Shown here piece after piece: positions 38,724-52,020 of a stretch of 64,000 nucleotides of DNA (the stretch's first letter is position 1; each line of letters begins with the position of its first letter). Origin of the DNA: Amoeboaphelidium protococcarum X5 (Eukaryota > Fungi > Aphelidiomycota); the NCBI GenBank assembly GCA_023515725.1, contig JALDTO010000207.1, positions 6,908-70,907 of the forward strand. Direction: 5' to 3'. The position numbers and the translations under genes were made by a program. The notes beneath the pieces were generated by a model, which was not told the origin of the DNA, did no database searches, and worked only from the letters and a program-made list of their open reading frames with translations.

Positions 38724-40262
38724 TCAATTTTCAAAGTGCACTTGTCTCGCATTTTCTTTTGATGATTATTACGCGTCAAGGCTTTAACTCTTTGGAGGTG
38801 GTTCACTCGCTGCGGATACTTACGCTCTATCAGACACCAATTTCGCCTTTAAAGAATCGTACTTCATTTTGAGGTTACTCAATTTCAGCTGACTTTTAGA
38901 CAGCTCCTGTTCCTTCTTTTAAACTTATTATTGCAAGTCGTAGACAACTTGCCGTTCATTAGCTTTTTACAACTTGAGCTGTGACGCCTCTTTCTTCAGT
39001 CGATCAATCTCAGCATTTTGTGCGTCTATACGAAGTTTCAACGTCTGAAGCACTTCAGCTTAATCGCCACCAGGAATTATAGTTCCAACATTTAAGCGAC
39101 AGTCACCTTCAATTTTTACAGCATTTTGCAGACGGTGATTTTCCTTCTATAACTCTAAATTTTCTTGTTACAACTATCGCATCGCTCTCTCCGCATACGC
39201 GTGATTAGTATCATCATCTTTGCTGAATACCATCTAATTTAAACGTCCAATTTATGACTTTAACTTGGATTGCTGTGATACTTGCTTTTTGTGCTGTTAC
39301 ATCAGATTGGAATGCTTCTCTTACAGCATATTATGCTTACTCTCCAACTCGACGCGCTTGTCTTCAACTTCGCTAAACAGAGACTTGCTTTATGGTTCTG
39401 GCTCATTATCAACACCAAAATTGTCATATCTAGTCTCAAGTTGAGCTTGCAATTGCTCAATTATCTGATGACATTCAGCCAAACTTTCGTTGCTCTGATG
39501 CAGTTCAATCTCAATCTGCTCTGCCTCAAACAGTTTCAACTTCAGATGCTCCATTTCTTTAACTGTCGCCTACTTTGCAGCATCTGCGACATCCAGTTTC
39601 CCCGCTAGATCCATAATAATACTACTTTTCTCCTCAATCTCTTTCTAATACTTTGCCATAGTTGCGCACATACCAGCAATTTCCTTCTCAGCAATATCCT
39701 TCTCACGCTGTGTTGTGGTAGCATCTAATTTCTTACCTTTTATCAGTTTGAGTTCATCGGACAGCTTCCGCTTTGCTGCGTTAGCTTATTCCAACTACGC
39801 CAACAGTTCACTCTACTCGCTCTTCCATCCAAGTTCAGCTTTATGATGCAGCTTCTTTAATTCATTTTTCTCTTGCTTTACCTGCTCAACTTAATCTCGC
39901 AACTCAACAGTTGTCTAATGCAGTGACTAAACTTCCTGTTCTAGAGAGGAGATGGCTTCCTATTGCTATCTCTCACCATGGTCACCGTTCTATTTCAATT
40001 CAAGTGCCTCATTCAGGCGCTCAATTTCAAGCTTCAAATCATCATTTTCTCTTAATAGCTAGCTTCCAATATCAGCAGCCAGTGCCAGATTAGAATCTTT
40101 ACTCTTTACCAGTTAATGCAGATCGCGCAAGCATTGTTTCAACTACTTTCCACTGAACTTGGTGAGCTGCGGAGACGCTAACATGGGTGTGCTGATATCA
40201 TCGACCAAAATTCTCTACTTCTACGGGGTGCAAAACTGCGGACTCTCATTTTCAAACTCCAT
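38724..40262 (-). CDS. Spindly-like dynein-dynactin adaptor, 512 aa
   Basis: CC1-box LALAADIGSQLLREN, long coiled coil, Spindly motif SKSLFSEVEDKR. Confidence 0.78.
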
Positions 40263-40496
40263 AATTACAAGTCTACCACTATATATAGGTAAGTGTATAT
40301 CTCAATGTGAAAGAGGATACAAAGAAATGTGGTCACCTTTGAGCAGACTGCGCGTTGAATCGTAGAGAACAGAGAATGTTGGAAACGCATTCGGATTGAA
40401 AGTACTTTATAAGCACGCGTTTAAGTGCACAAGATATAAAGATTAAAAGATATTAAACAAGTCATTTATGATGAACATTGTATTTCGTGGGCAAAA

Positions 40497-41111
40497 TCAA
40501 GCCTCTTTAATATTGAGGTTGGATATCATAAAGATGAGATCAGCTTTAGCTTCGCGCAACTTTGAAACTTCGTCGTCGTCTTTCGCAATGTATGCACTCA
40601 ATCGTCTGACTGATTTCTTTGCATTGTCAATTACTCTGTCAATAGAATTAACATTATCTTTTGACTCTTCAGATAGAAGCAATTCATCTGCAGGATTAAA
40701 TAACTCAACGTACTTATCTTTGATTTACTTGATATCATTGGCAACAGCTTCCTTGCGTTCCAATCGACGTTGTTTCAAGCTTTCCAACAGATCGGTGGTT
40801 GTCCGTGAGGCGACTCTTCGCTTACTCGTAGCAGCTTGAGTTTAAGGCGCGATCTATTGGACATTTATCATCTTAAGCGGATCAATAGGTTCAATTTCAG
40901 CTTAATCTTGCAATTGAGGATTACTGTTTTGGTGACCTTTACGATTAGAAGTGATAGGAGAGTCGGGTAGCTTATACTATTTCAATCTCGCTTTCATTAC
41001 AGATGGATCTTTTATCATTGGAGGACTGATTTATTATCCAGCATCTGCGAGCCAATCTTTTGTATGATGCAACACCAAAGGTTGCTCCAACTTCCATTTA
41101 CTATTGTTCAT
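40497..41111 (-). CDS. Hypothetical protein, 204 aa
   Basis: ATG 41111 to TGA 40497 continuous with TAR=Gln; no recognised domain. Confidence 0.65.
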
Positions 41112-41338
41112 ATTTTCAATAATTATGAATATTAATTAACTCTGTTAAATATATATACTAACAGCTGTATTCTTTTATATGCAAGTTTGGCAATAAAAGG
41201 GGAAAAGAAATGAGCTGAAACGTTGACAAGATAAATAATGTTCAAGAATTAACGCGTCTAGCCACCAAGCAAGCAAAGATGATATCAGATATGACACAAA
41301 GTAAAATCAGTTTATAAAGAGACACACTCCCCGCTAGA

Positions 41339-41894
41339 TCATAATTTCGATTTCGTAGAAGCGGAATTCTCCTTGATAAACTTCATAACTTTCTCCACTC
41401 CGCCAGCCTTAACAAAGATCTTTTCCACGCTTTGCGCAAGCGAGAGATCACCCTTCACCTTGAGTTTCTTTTATTACATTGCTTACATTCCATTCATACC
41501 TCCTACATATAGGTTATGCGGTAAATTGGCTCATAAATTTCTAATAATTACAAGTACCTGTAATCATCTTGAGCAAGTCTTTATCCTCTATAGTAAATTA
41601 AACTTTGGGTAAATCTTTCAATTGTTGTAAATTTTATGGCTTCTTCTATGAAATGTACGGCTTTGAGTCATAGCCTTAGAGCACAACGAACCTACAATTA
41701 TCATCAAGTTCCTTAGCCGCCATATTATCAAATAACAATCAGAGATATCCATACCATGTTGTAACGTGTTTTCCATGTTTCATAATCTTTGCCACGAATA
41801 CTCCTTTGGTGTTGGCCACAATGGTATCGTTCCTCTCTAACTCCTTCTGAATTTCAGGAAACAGCAGTGATGAGTACAAAGGTTTATCTGCCAT
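41339..41894 (-). CDS. SCP2 sterol-carrier domain protein with PTS1, introns 41692-41754 and 41503-41557
   Basis: FTIEDKDLLKMITGGMNGMQAMQQKKLKVKGDLSLAQ; ends SKL-TGA. Confidence 0.88.
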
Positions 41895-42124
41895 ATTTTA
41901 AACTAGATTATTAGTAAATTAAAGTTATGGTGCAAGATATGTTAAATAGATTTAAGACTAATAAGCAACAAGTGAAGAAAGAAAGTAACAAACTTGAATG
42001 ATCGTGAGAACGAAACGGGATTGTCAGACAGAGACGGCTAAAGTTCGTAGCGCGTCAGATGCAAATTACGATGAAGAGATCCATTATTGTAGTACCATCT
42101 ATATTTATTAATTAGTTGATCATT

Positions 42125-45100
42125 TCATTGTTGAGTTTAATTTAAAATGCTATCCAAGTCTGCGACACTCTGTGCAAAAGGGGAGTATAGGACAATAGGT
42201 GCATAGCTCTCGGTAATTTACAGACTGATAGAGTAGAACTGGTTACAAACTGATTTCTTAACGGATTATATATCAAGAATAGCAATGCTCTAGACTGCCA
42301 GATTCTTGATATCGGTATGAATATCTTACCCAAATAACGATTGAATTGAGCACCGTAAAAGGATCAACTATCTACCAACAACCATTACAAGACCAATAAC
42401 GCTAGATCGATTCTCCGTGCCATGCGAAGACAGCTTAAACAGACGGCAATACGTAACTAAGCTTTTTAAGGCTATCAGTTTGAGCTTGACGTTCTCAACA
42501 GATATAATCAGTTGACTAAATTCTTCCACAGCAACCGCGTCAGTAACTATTTTGAGTACGTGTTCAGCCAGGTTCCAGTTATCGTACAACTTCAGCTAAG
42601 AACAACCTTGCTCATAAAGAGATTAAGACAAATTGGCAGCTATCTCATTACACACTTGTTAATTGTAAAATGTGATCAGTAAGGATTCAGCTGTTTTCAA
42701 AAACTTCTTACTCCTCTGGGCCATTTTGCCATCTGATTTTTGCAAGCGCGATAAGTCCAGGTCTAATTCGAGTGATTATCCTTCAAATCCAACCAATAGA
42801 TCAGAGATACACTGCAAAGGGATAGAGTACTTGACTGAGATTGAAGAGGAATCCAAATTATGGAAAGGACAAAATGGCGAATCAGAGTCTTGCCCAGTGC
42901 ATTCTAGAAGCACGATTCGGAGGCTAGTTACTATGAGGAGGCCGTTGACACAATCGTCGCCAATCTACCTTCCTTGGTTTACAAGCTAACTAAACTTTGA
43001 TCGCTGCCTCCGTTTACCAATACCGACTGTGCAAGGGCAGAAAGACAATAAAGATTCATTGGTAATGAGTAACTTCAACTAGAGATAAACCGACAAAGAG
43101 ACGTCAATTAAATCCAACGATGAAGTCATTTGCTAAGCTTTATCTGCAGCAACTGTGAATTCATCAACGGAATCTAAAGAATTCTATCGTTCATAAAGCA
43201 TCTAAGACGAGGCCTTGGTAGTGCTAAGAGATACAGGCTCAGTCATAACATCTGCACCGCTCTTCCCTTCATCAGCAGCCACCAACAACGAGTTGCCGCA
43301 TTTTGGACACTGCGCGGGCTTCTCGCGCTCATATGTTGACCATTGTTAGGCACATGTTATGCACTTAAACTAACAACTGACTGCAGCAACATGTTAAGAA
43401 TCAATCAACGATCTAAAATAATCAAACAGCTCCTTAAGCTAGACAGTAGAATTCTATACTTGTTTGAATTGCACCATTATCGGCTCATCTTCAAACGTGA
43501 CCTTATACGTAAGATAAAACAATTCTTCAGCTGGTGAATCCCAGCGGCAATTTACAATCGAATTAGGCATATTATTAAACAAAGACTGCAAATCAGAATC
43601 CTACATACTAAACTTCCAACTAGGGACTTGATCTCCGCGACTGACATTGATCTTCTGCCACACTTACGAACCTGGACCTGTAAAAAGTACAGTTGATTCA
43701 GTAACTTCATCTATCAGTTCAAAGTTCTACATACCACTCTATGGATCTGACATTTATAAATCAAACGATTATTCCGATAAAGGCGATGATAGAGATAAAG
43801 GTTATGCTTATAGCGAGCTCTATAAAGCAATGGGAGCATTAAATACAGGATCTACAGGAACAACTTATTGTGGCTGAATCGATAAGGCAGTCGATGGCAT
43901 AGACTTCTCTACAGCCGGCTATACTGTCCTTTCACTCTATGTTGCAATAGATACGCTGGGGGCATTAGGGGATAACTAAGCCAGACTTTAATTGGCTATA
44001 TTACCAGCACTGTTGTTACCAGCACTACCAGTAAACTTTTCTTTAGCAAACTATTTGAGCCAGCCAGAGCCGGCAGATATTTTAATTGAATCTATTTACA
44101 TCTTCTACCGCTAGGTTATGCTCTCTAATTGAGCTAATCTGGCTTTACGAGTCTATGAACTCTACTTGGAGCTAATAACAGAAGCAGAATACACGCTAGG
44201 AGATATCTACTAACCTTGCTCTTAATTAACTTAATCAGTTGTGATATCCACCATATCTTCTTACTACGGGATATTATCATTCTCAATGAGAGCCTAGATA
44301 GGCAAAATTTTTGATTACACTTAAACAGTTTACACCTAACGCAAAGATTGAAATGACGTGGTGGAAGTGTATCCATTTAAAGAACGACGACTCTTCATAC
44401 GCAATTTCTCAGTGATACTTGCAGTTTTACCATCCAGTTATAACAAAGGTTTGTTCTAGACATCTAACGTGGTCAGAATACGAATTCTATAGCCATTCAT
44501 AGTAGCAACCTGGTTCCCCATGACGTTCAAACTCTCAAGATGTTGCTCAATCAATGATAAAGCCTCATCCAGAAGGTCCAAATCCGTAAGTAGATTGTTG
44601 GAGATGTCCAAATCTATCAACTCTGTGAATGACACCTGTTACATACTATCCAATAGAGACTTTGAGTCTATAAGATTATTACCAACACTGAGCCTTAATA
44701 ACTAACACTGACCACTAATATCGAGCCTAGTCAACTTATTGAATGATAAATCTAGATTCTTCAAATAAGTATATTGACTAAAATCGCCAATAATTGACTC
44801 TATAAGATTATGTGATAAATTAAAAGACTAGAGTCGAGGTATAGCTGCCGACATCTAGCGAAGATCCAATGATTAAATACAGTTATATGACAAATCAAGA
44901 CTGCGAAGACGAGGATAATATCTCGCAAATTCGGCATATTCAAACGATCCAGGTGATATTGAGAGAGAGCCATCACTATTGTTATTTGAACTGCTACTGG
45001 TATCATACACTTTTTACTTGCCTTTCCGCCTCAAAGAGTCAAAGTGTATTGGAACAAATAGAGCTTCATCCACAGTGCGAATAGAACATCGTCTCAACAC

Positions 45101-45418
45101 AAACTGCTCCATCTCAGATAATATATTCAAACCCACAATGAGCTACGTGTCAACTTTATTCAATTCAAGTTAACGGACAGATTTAAAAAGCCCCAAATCA
45201 ATAAGTTGCGCATCATTATCAAGCTTCACCTAATTCTTGCTGAGAGTGGACACTTTGACATTCTACAGCTGTCTTAACATACGCAATAGATCAGCGTTCA
45301 CATTAGATTTCTCATATTCCTGGCATAAGAACTACAAATGGTTGCAGTCAATAACGAATCTCTATTGTCTATTCACATTCCGCTCCAGATACTTTTCTAT
45401 AGAATCCAATATATTCAT
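42125..45418 (-). CDS. Leucine-rich repeat protein, STK11IP/nischarin-like, ~1097 aa
   Basis: LRRs LRSLDLSYNCI, FNLSHNLI, LDLSFNKL, LDISNNLL, LNVMGNQV; central CITC...CPKCGN; start and TGA in frame. Not every central codon was checked. Confidence 0.75.
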
Positions 45419-45709
45419 ACTAAATGATTTATATTAGGCAATATCAAAAACACCCACAACCACCTAAAGTATGACAAAAATGAGAGGAAGAAAGAAGAAT
45501 CCAAAGACGCGACAAGTGAAAAGGAATGAGCGGGGCTGTGCTTTCTGTGTTGAGAACGATAGAAGTTGAAGAGAAGAGTTTCCTCGCGCGTCTCTCATTC
45601 TCTCGCTCTTTATTTTTCTTTCTGGCTTTGTTGTTGGCTGTCGCGTAAATTCATCGCTAACAATACTGTATTTCAATCAGGTACCAAATTATCTGATTTT
45701 ATCAGTAGT

Positions 45710-48700
45710 ATGATGGTTGATGATAGTGAGAGTGGTGGAAAAGAGGTTGTGGATTTGCTTATTAAAGAATTCACACAGTTGAAGAAGATTAAAGGCAAGC
45801 TGGTGGCTGAGAACTTGTCTCTGAGAGATGATGTATGCGGATTTAGTAATTAGATTGACTTGTTGAATCGACGCATCTAGACTAGCATTAAATAGCACCA
45901 AGATGTCTGTGGTAAATTATCTCTGTCTGAGTAGAAGAATGCGGAATTGGTTGAATAGAATGAGAAATTAGCTGGCATTTTGTAGTATTTTAATATAGAT
46001 TCGAATGGTGAGTTTGATTTTGAGTTAATGCAAGTATTTTAGAACAAGGCACTGGTACATTATCAGCACGTTAATTAGCAGCTTCAAGATACCATTGAGA
46101 CTGTGAAGAAGGAATTGAATCAGCACATTCATCATATGTATTCAGTGGAGTAGTCAAAGTTGGAGATGTAGAATGAGATTGCTGATTTGCGGCATGAACT
46201 TGATTAGAAAAGTGTCTAAATAGCCGAGATTAGTAAAGTATAAGATTAGAAGTCTACACTCGAAAAGGAGAATAAAGTTTTAAAGTATAAAGTTTAGGAC
46301 TTGTCTACTTAGCTGAGAGGATGCTTGATGCAGTTGCGTGGTGTTGAGATGGGTGGTCTGGAGAATAGGGGTGCTGATGCAAATAGCACCTCCGCCCAAG
46401 ATGTCATCAGTAATAATCTCGTATCTATCAAGAGTGTTAAAGATTTACAGGATCGGAATATTGAACTGCTCGCCACTCTGCGCCAGGTAACTGACGACTT
46501 TGAATAGAAAGATGTAGAGTACTAGAATTAGTTGAAGGCATAGGAGTTGAAATTGGCATAACAGGATGCTTAGTATTATGTTGAAATTGGCCATGATAGG
46601 GATGATATGGCTGGTCAGTAATGCTAGTTATAGAGTTAGACATTGAAAAAGAATGCTCATGAAGAGTTTGAAGATGACGTGCAGTTGGAGATGCTTTAGG
46701 ATAGACATGATTCTATGAAGGCTGAATTCAAAGAGCAGATTCAAGAGTTTACTGATGATTTGTGCAAAGTTGAGAGCGATTTGTAGTAGATGAAGCTAAA
46801 GTAGAGTCAGTTATAGCATGATAAGCTAAAGTTGAGTAGGGAGTATGAAAAGTTGACTGTGGACAGAAATTCTTTGAAAAAGTAGTTGAGTGATAGCTAG
46901 CATTCTCTGGAGCAGAAAGATTATACCATTGCGGATCAATCCAAGTAGCTCAAATTGACATAGAAGAAGAATCAAGACCTTATTAGTGAAGTTGAGGATT
47001 TATAGCAGGAGGTTGCCGATCACTAGGCTCAGTTTTAGAGCAAGTAAGTTGAAGTTTTATCATTGAAGAGTGAGATTGAGTAGCTATAGTATAATTTAAA
47101 GATTAAAGACGATGAATTATTGGGCTCGAAATCGTAGCTATCCGATCTTTAATAGCTTTTGAAGTAGAAAGAAGATCAGATTGTGTAGATTAACGCGTAA
47201 GTTTCGTCATTAGAGTCGAAGATCCAAGAGCTTACCACTTTGAATGATCAGTCTCGATCTGAATTAGATAGATAATAGGCGGAGTATGATGGGAACTTGA
47301 AATCTTTGTAGTCAGAGTTGTAGAAGTCTTTGATATAATTTAATGAAAAGGACTAGTAATTAGTTGGAGTGTAAAAAGATTTGCTGGATAAAACGGAAGA
47401 TTATGAGACACTTGAATAGGAAGTAGACAGTTTGCGTAGTTAGATTGAGAAGGATACTAAGGAATTGCAATATTAAGAGAGTCGGTTAAAGATTTCGAGT
47501 ATGGAATTGAATGATAAGTCTTAGAAACTTTCGCTATTGGAAGCTGATAGTTAAAAGGGCAAGTAGGAGATTCTCGAATTGAAGTAGAAGGTTTAAATGT
47601 TGGAGACTGAAGCATCGAAGAGATCGGAACTTTAGTCTGTTACTGTTGCCGGTGGTTAAACTTCTGATTTGACCAGAGTCTAACACGATGATCCTGTGAG
47701 TAAAGCTTAACCGTAATCTTCCTCTTCAGTGTTCAGTAAGAAGATTGATTTTGAAGCGTTTGCTAATTTTGGTAAGCCTCAGCCTGCGATAGAAGCTCCC
47801 ACCTAATAATAATCAAAGAAGAAGGGCCGTTAATTATCCAGAGATAAATCAGCGACGAAAAATTAAATGGCCACTTCGAGTAATGTTCAATGGGGTAATG
47901 CGGCTCCTCTTCAACTCCCTAATCTTTCTCTGCCTGCTTGGTCAACTCCATAAGAAAATAACTAATCTTCGATATTTGGTTCCTCGCTGTAAATGCCAGC
48001 GACGAAGGTGCCATCATCCTTCTCTTTGGGCATGTAGTAGCCTGACTCTATTTTACCTTATTCGGTTGGAGAGGATGTTGAAATTACTAATAAGTAGTTG
48101 GTAACACGTTAGGAATCGGGCAATTCTAAAAGGACCTTTAATTAAGTGGATGAAGATGGCGCCGCTAATGCATTTGAAGGTAAAAAGTTTAAAGCTGAAG
48201 AAGTAAAATCTCCACCTGTTGTCATTGAACCTGATAATGAAGAGACAAATGAATCTAATTAGGGGGTGCGCGATCAAGAGTTTCCAGAGAGTATTAACAG
48301 TGTTAGTGTTGTGGATGTCGAGTAAGTAGTTCCAGCTACGATAAATGTTGATGGGCAAAGTTAATCTGATGTTGCAGCTGTGCCGTCTGAAAGTACTCAT
48401 ACCATAAGTTAATCCACGACAATTGATGAATTTCTCGCCGATCTCGAATTTCCACAAATTCAAGAGTTGGAGTCTTAATAAGAGGACCAGAATGACACGC
48501 CTTTGTAAGTGTAAGATTAAAAGGAGAGTTTCGATGAAGCTGAAGTTGACGATGAGGAAGGAGCTGTTACAGAGACTGAAGATGATTTGCCAGATGTGAA
48601 GTAGATTATCAAGCAGGACTCTGATCCGCAAGTCACTCAAAGTTAGTCAACCGAATCAGATGATAAAAAGAAGCCTGATGTTATCGTGACATCATCTGGA

Positions 48701-48919
48701 AACTAAATTCAGCGCATTACTTTTGATGACTTCAGTGCCGGGAAATCATAAAAGACTAAAGAAGTGCCGTCATAAGATGGTAAGAGTAGTTCAAGATTGA
48801 GTGGCGGCGGTGATTAAACTCGGTCAATGTCATAGAGTGGAAAGCGTAAATCATTCTCTCCTAATTAGAATAAACGCGGTGGTTCTCGACGTGGTGGGTT
48901 TTCAGGTAAAAAGAGATGA
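45710..48919 (+). CDS. Coiled-coil protein with TPR/Mlp1 signature, ~1069 aa
   Basis: VISNNLVSIKSVKDLQDRNIELLATLRQV resembles the TPR/Mlp conserved block; long heptads, acidic tail, terminal RGGSRRGG. Confidence 0.72.
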
Positions 48920-48974
48920 TAGTGATAGATGATCTGGTGGCGAATAAAATGCTAAATCTATAATATTTCGGTTT

Positions 48975-50519
48975 TCACTCCTATTAAAGTTCAAGGACCA
49001 CTTGTTGTATATGTTCGGCGTAAAGCTCGCAGTTTTAACTCATCCACGATTCTCCCTTAGATCTGTGCTTGATCAGTAGATTTGAATGTGTTTCTTGCCG
49101 CAATCTATCATCATTTTCGCCAATTACCAGCACATTAGGTGACATTAACTCTGCCTCATCTTAGTCAACTACATTAGCAGTGAGCACACCGGTACAGTAG
49201 CTAACATCAAGATATTACAGCTTTCGATTTTCGCGTTGATTTTTGGCAGCATCATACGTTTAGCCAAGCTTCTCAATCAAACTTATCACAGCGTCATAAG
49301 ATATCAGAGTACATCCAGTCAATTTTAAAACTTGCAATTGCTTAGCACATTGAGCCATTTTCTAAAGTAAAGTATCTGTGACTGGTAGCAGCGACATCTT
49401 CAAACTTTTCAAGCGATATCCAACACAAACACATGGCTCATGACCACAGAATATAAACTCGTCCAAGTCTTTGCTTTAAAACTAAGGGCAGTTGGAAATG
49501 TTTAACGACTACAGATTTGGCATTCGCGTACCAATTATCTTCAATGCTTCTGGGCCTAATGATGGACAATAGCTCATATCCAATTCCTTGACAGAAGTCA
49601 GCTACCCACCCAAAGGTAAAACATTCTCCATAAACTTTGCAGTCACAAATGGCATGGAGGACAATTTTACGCTTTCTAAATTCTACCAAAGATACACCAG
49701 ATTCTCTGCGTACGTGTCAGATATGACATAACTTTCAGACAGATCTAAACTCTTCAGAGCACATTCTATCGGCTTCTAATTGGTATTGGATAGAACTCTA
49801 CTTAAAGCCTTCGCAAATTGATCTCCGTATCCTTTGCCATTCCATTGTTGCAAGTTGAGTAACTGCAGACGCGACCGTGCCTTGAAATTAGATAGATAAT
49901 AAAGCAGACAACTGGCTGAGCAGTAACATTCCTCTATACCAATCTAGCTACTCAATGCACTCTAACATAGCGGCGTACGCCCAATTCCACCAAGATCAAG
50001 CAATAGCAAGTTTAGACAATGAGGAAGCCATTTAAAAATGATAGAGGCGGGTACTAATCTATAACTGTGCATTACTACACCACTATCTCCAATCTGAGCA
50101 TTAATCTATTGGAGAGAAATGCTTCTAACCATGCTAGCATAATCGTATTGTGGTCTGACAGGCTAAATCGCATTATATAACGAGCACTCCTGATGAAATG
50201 GAATTACGCGACCAAAAGTCTCCTTATTCCAGTACTAGATGAAGCCCATTTGAGTAGCGATATCTATTTTAGAGAAGTTTGGTGACTTCCACAGAAGCTA
50301 TACCGACACAGCAGACCATTGCCTGCAAGATAGAGTCAATTGCAGCAATGTCCACCTGCTAGTTTAATCTTAAACGGTCTGTTTCAGCTTCTCTGCGCGA
50401 TCGGCATTTGACGACGTTGCAACATCAACTGAATGGCGCGATTACATCCCTGCTCCTGGTATGGATGCCGCGTCAAAGTGTTTAAATATTTAAAGCAAAA
50501 CATCAGCAGGAATGTCCAT
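48975..50519 (-). CDS. F-box/LRR protein, 514 aa
   Basis: MDIPADVLLQIFKHF...LTLSCRQWSAVSVQLLWKSP; LQVLKLTGC and LQYLDVSYC repeats. Confidence 0.8.
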
Positions 50520-50710
50520 CACTTTTAACTAATTAGTTGGATTATCACGATTTAAATGTAAAAAAGGAAGAATGTTGCTGATGAGGACAGATAATCGCAC
50601 CCCAATTTCTCGGTGGTAAGGAGGCCAAATCACACGAGGTAAGAGAAACGTGAAATCAGATGTTACATGAAGTGAAAACATTTAATTATTGATCCAGCAA
50701 ATCGGCATAC

Positions 50711-51138
50711 TCATTACTTCTCTTCAATCGACGAGGGGATGCTAATTTACTGCTTCTGCAAGTCATCAGATGAGGTGACTTACGTGTCCACAGCTGCTGC
50801 GTCGCTTTTCATGTACTTTTCCTCTTCCTAGATTATTTCATTCAGCGAACTTTCCAGTTTATCAATACGATCTCCCAACTCATCCACTACAATTATGAGA
50901 GGGTTTAGACAAGTTAGCACATAGAAAAGTTCTAAAACGTACTTTTAGAGATCACATCTTTCGCCACTTGGTCAAACTTGGTTTGCATTTCTTTCAGCGT
51001 TTGGTCCACCTACACAGCTCTAAGTATGACCAATTTAATTCATTGATTCTAAGATTAATAAAAGGTTACAAACTTGGTCAGCTCAGCAGGATTAGATGCA
51101 AGTTTGACAGGGTCCACCTAATTTTCTTTATTGCTCAT
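50711..51138 (-). CDS. HSBP1: Heat shock factor-binding protein 1-like, introns 51010-51069 and 50887-50942
   Basis: ELTKFVDQTLKEMQTKFDQVAKDVISKMDELGDRIDKLESSL. Confidence 0.88.
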
Positions 51139-52020
51139 GATCGATGTATAGCCAGTGATATGTTAACTAAGACGCTTTTTATGATAGGGCGAGTGAGGTA
51201 ATTGAGAAATAAAAAACAACGCGTTAGCTTCAACGCGAGATTCACTGAAACAGTCGTCTTGGTTCATATAATATTGTCACCAACCGTTCAGTTTAATAAT
51301 TTTGTTATTGAAAACTAAATTTATACTCTAGTAATGTATGTATACATTTTAGCAGCTCTACAGAGAGAAGAAAGGTGGGATGTAAATAAAAAGTTGATAT
51401 AGACAATTGCGATGCAAAGAACTGATGGATTTTACAGAATGGGCCTCGATCTAGCAGTAGCTAAAAATTTCCACTTCTATATTTGTGTCATTTTTTCTAA
51501 ATTTGTTAAAATTCTGTATATAGTATGATGCCTTTCAAACCATAGAATAATTTCAAGCTCCAACTAGAAACAAATACTGACCGATCACCTCGTCAATCCC
51601 TTCCATTAACTCGCGTGTCAGGGCCTAGCCCTCTACCTCAGAAAGTTAGATTACATCAATTATAACACGGCGGCGCCCCTCTAAACTTTATATCGATCAA
51701 TTAGGAAATTTAAGCTGAGCTAAGCCTCACTTTGAGATAAAATGGGCTTTTAAGGAGCGAGCCGGGCGCATCGAGACTAGCAATCCCACGTCCTTGAAAG
51801 CGTTGAGTCACGAGAACCGCTCAAACGCGTAATTAGGAGTGGATGCCCCTTAAACTCAAAATATTCAATTTCAGATCTAACCTATATTCTTCAGTCTTTT
51901 TATTTAAAGTAGAAATCCATTTTCTATCTACAGTACATTAATACTATAGATATCACTTATATCCTTTGCAGGCTATTGATATCATAATTAAATAAAGATT
52001 GTTAAAATTTGACCATTTGA

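Noticed and set aside
38628-38822. Alternative frame ending CDSL-TGA (CAAX-like) downstream of Spindly, with a GTAAGT nearby
   Set aside because: No suitable in-phase acceptor found to join it; probably coincidence without transcript data.
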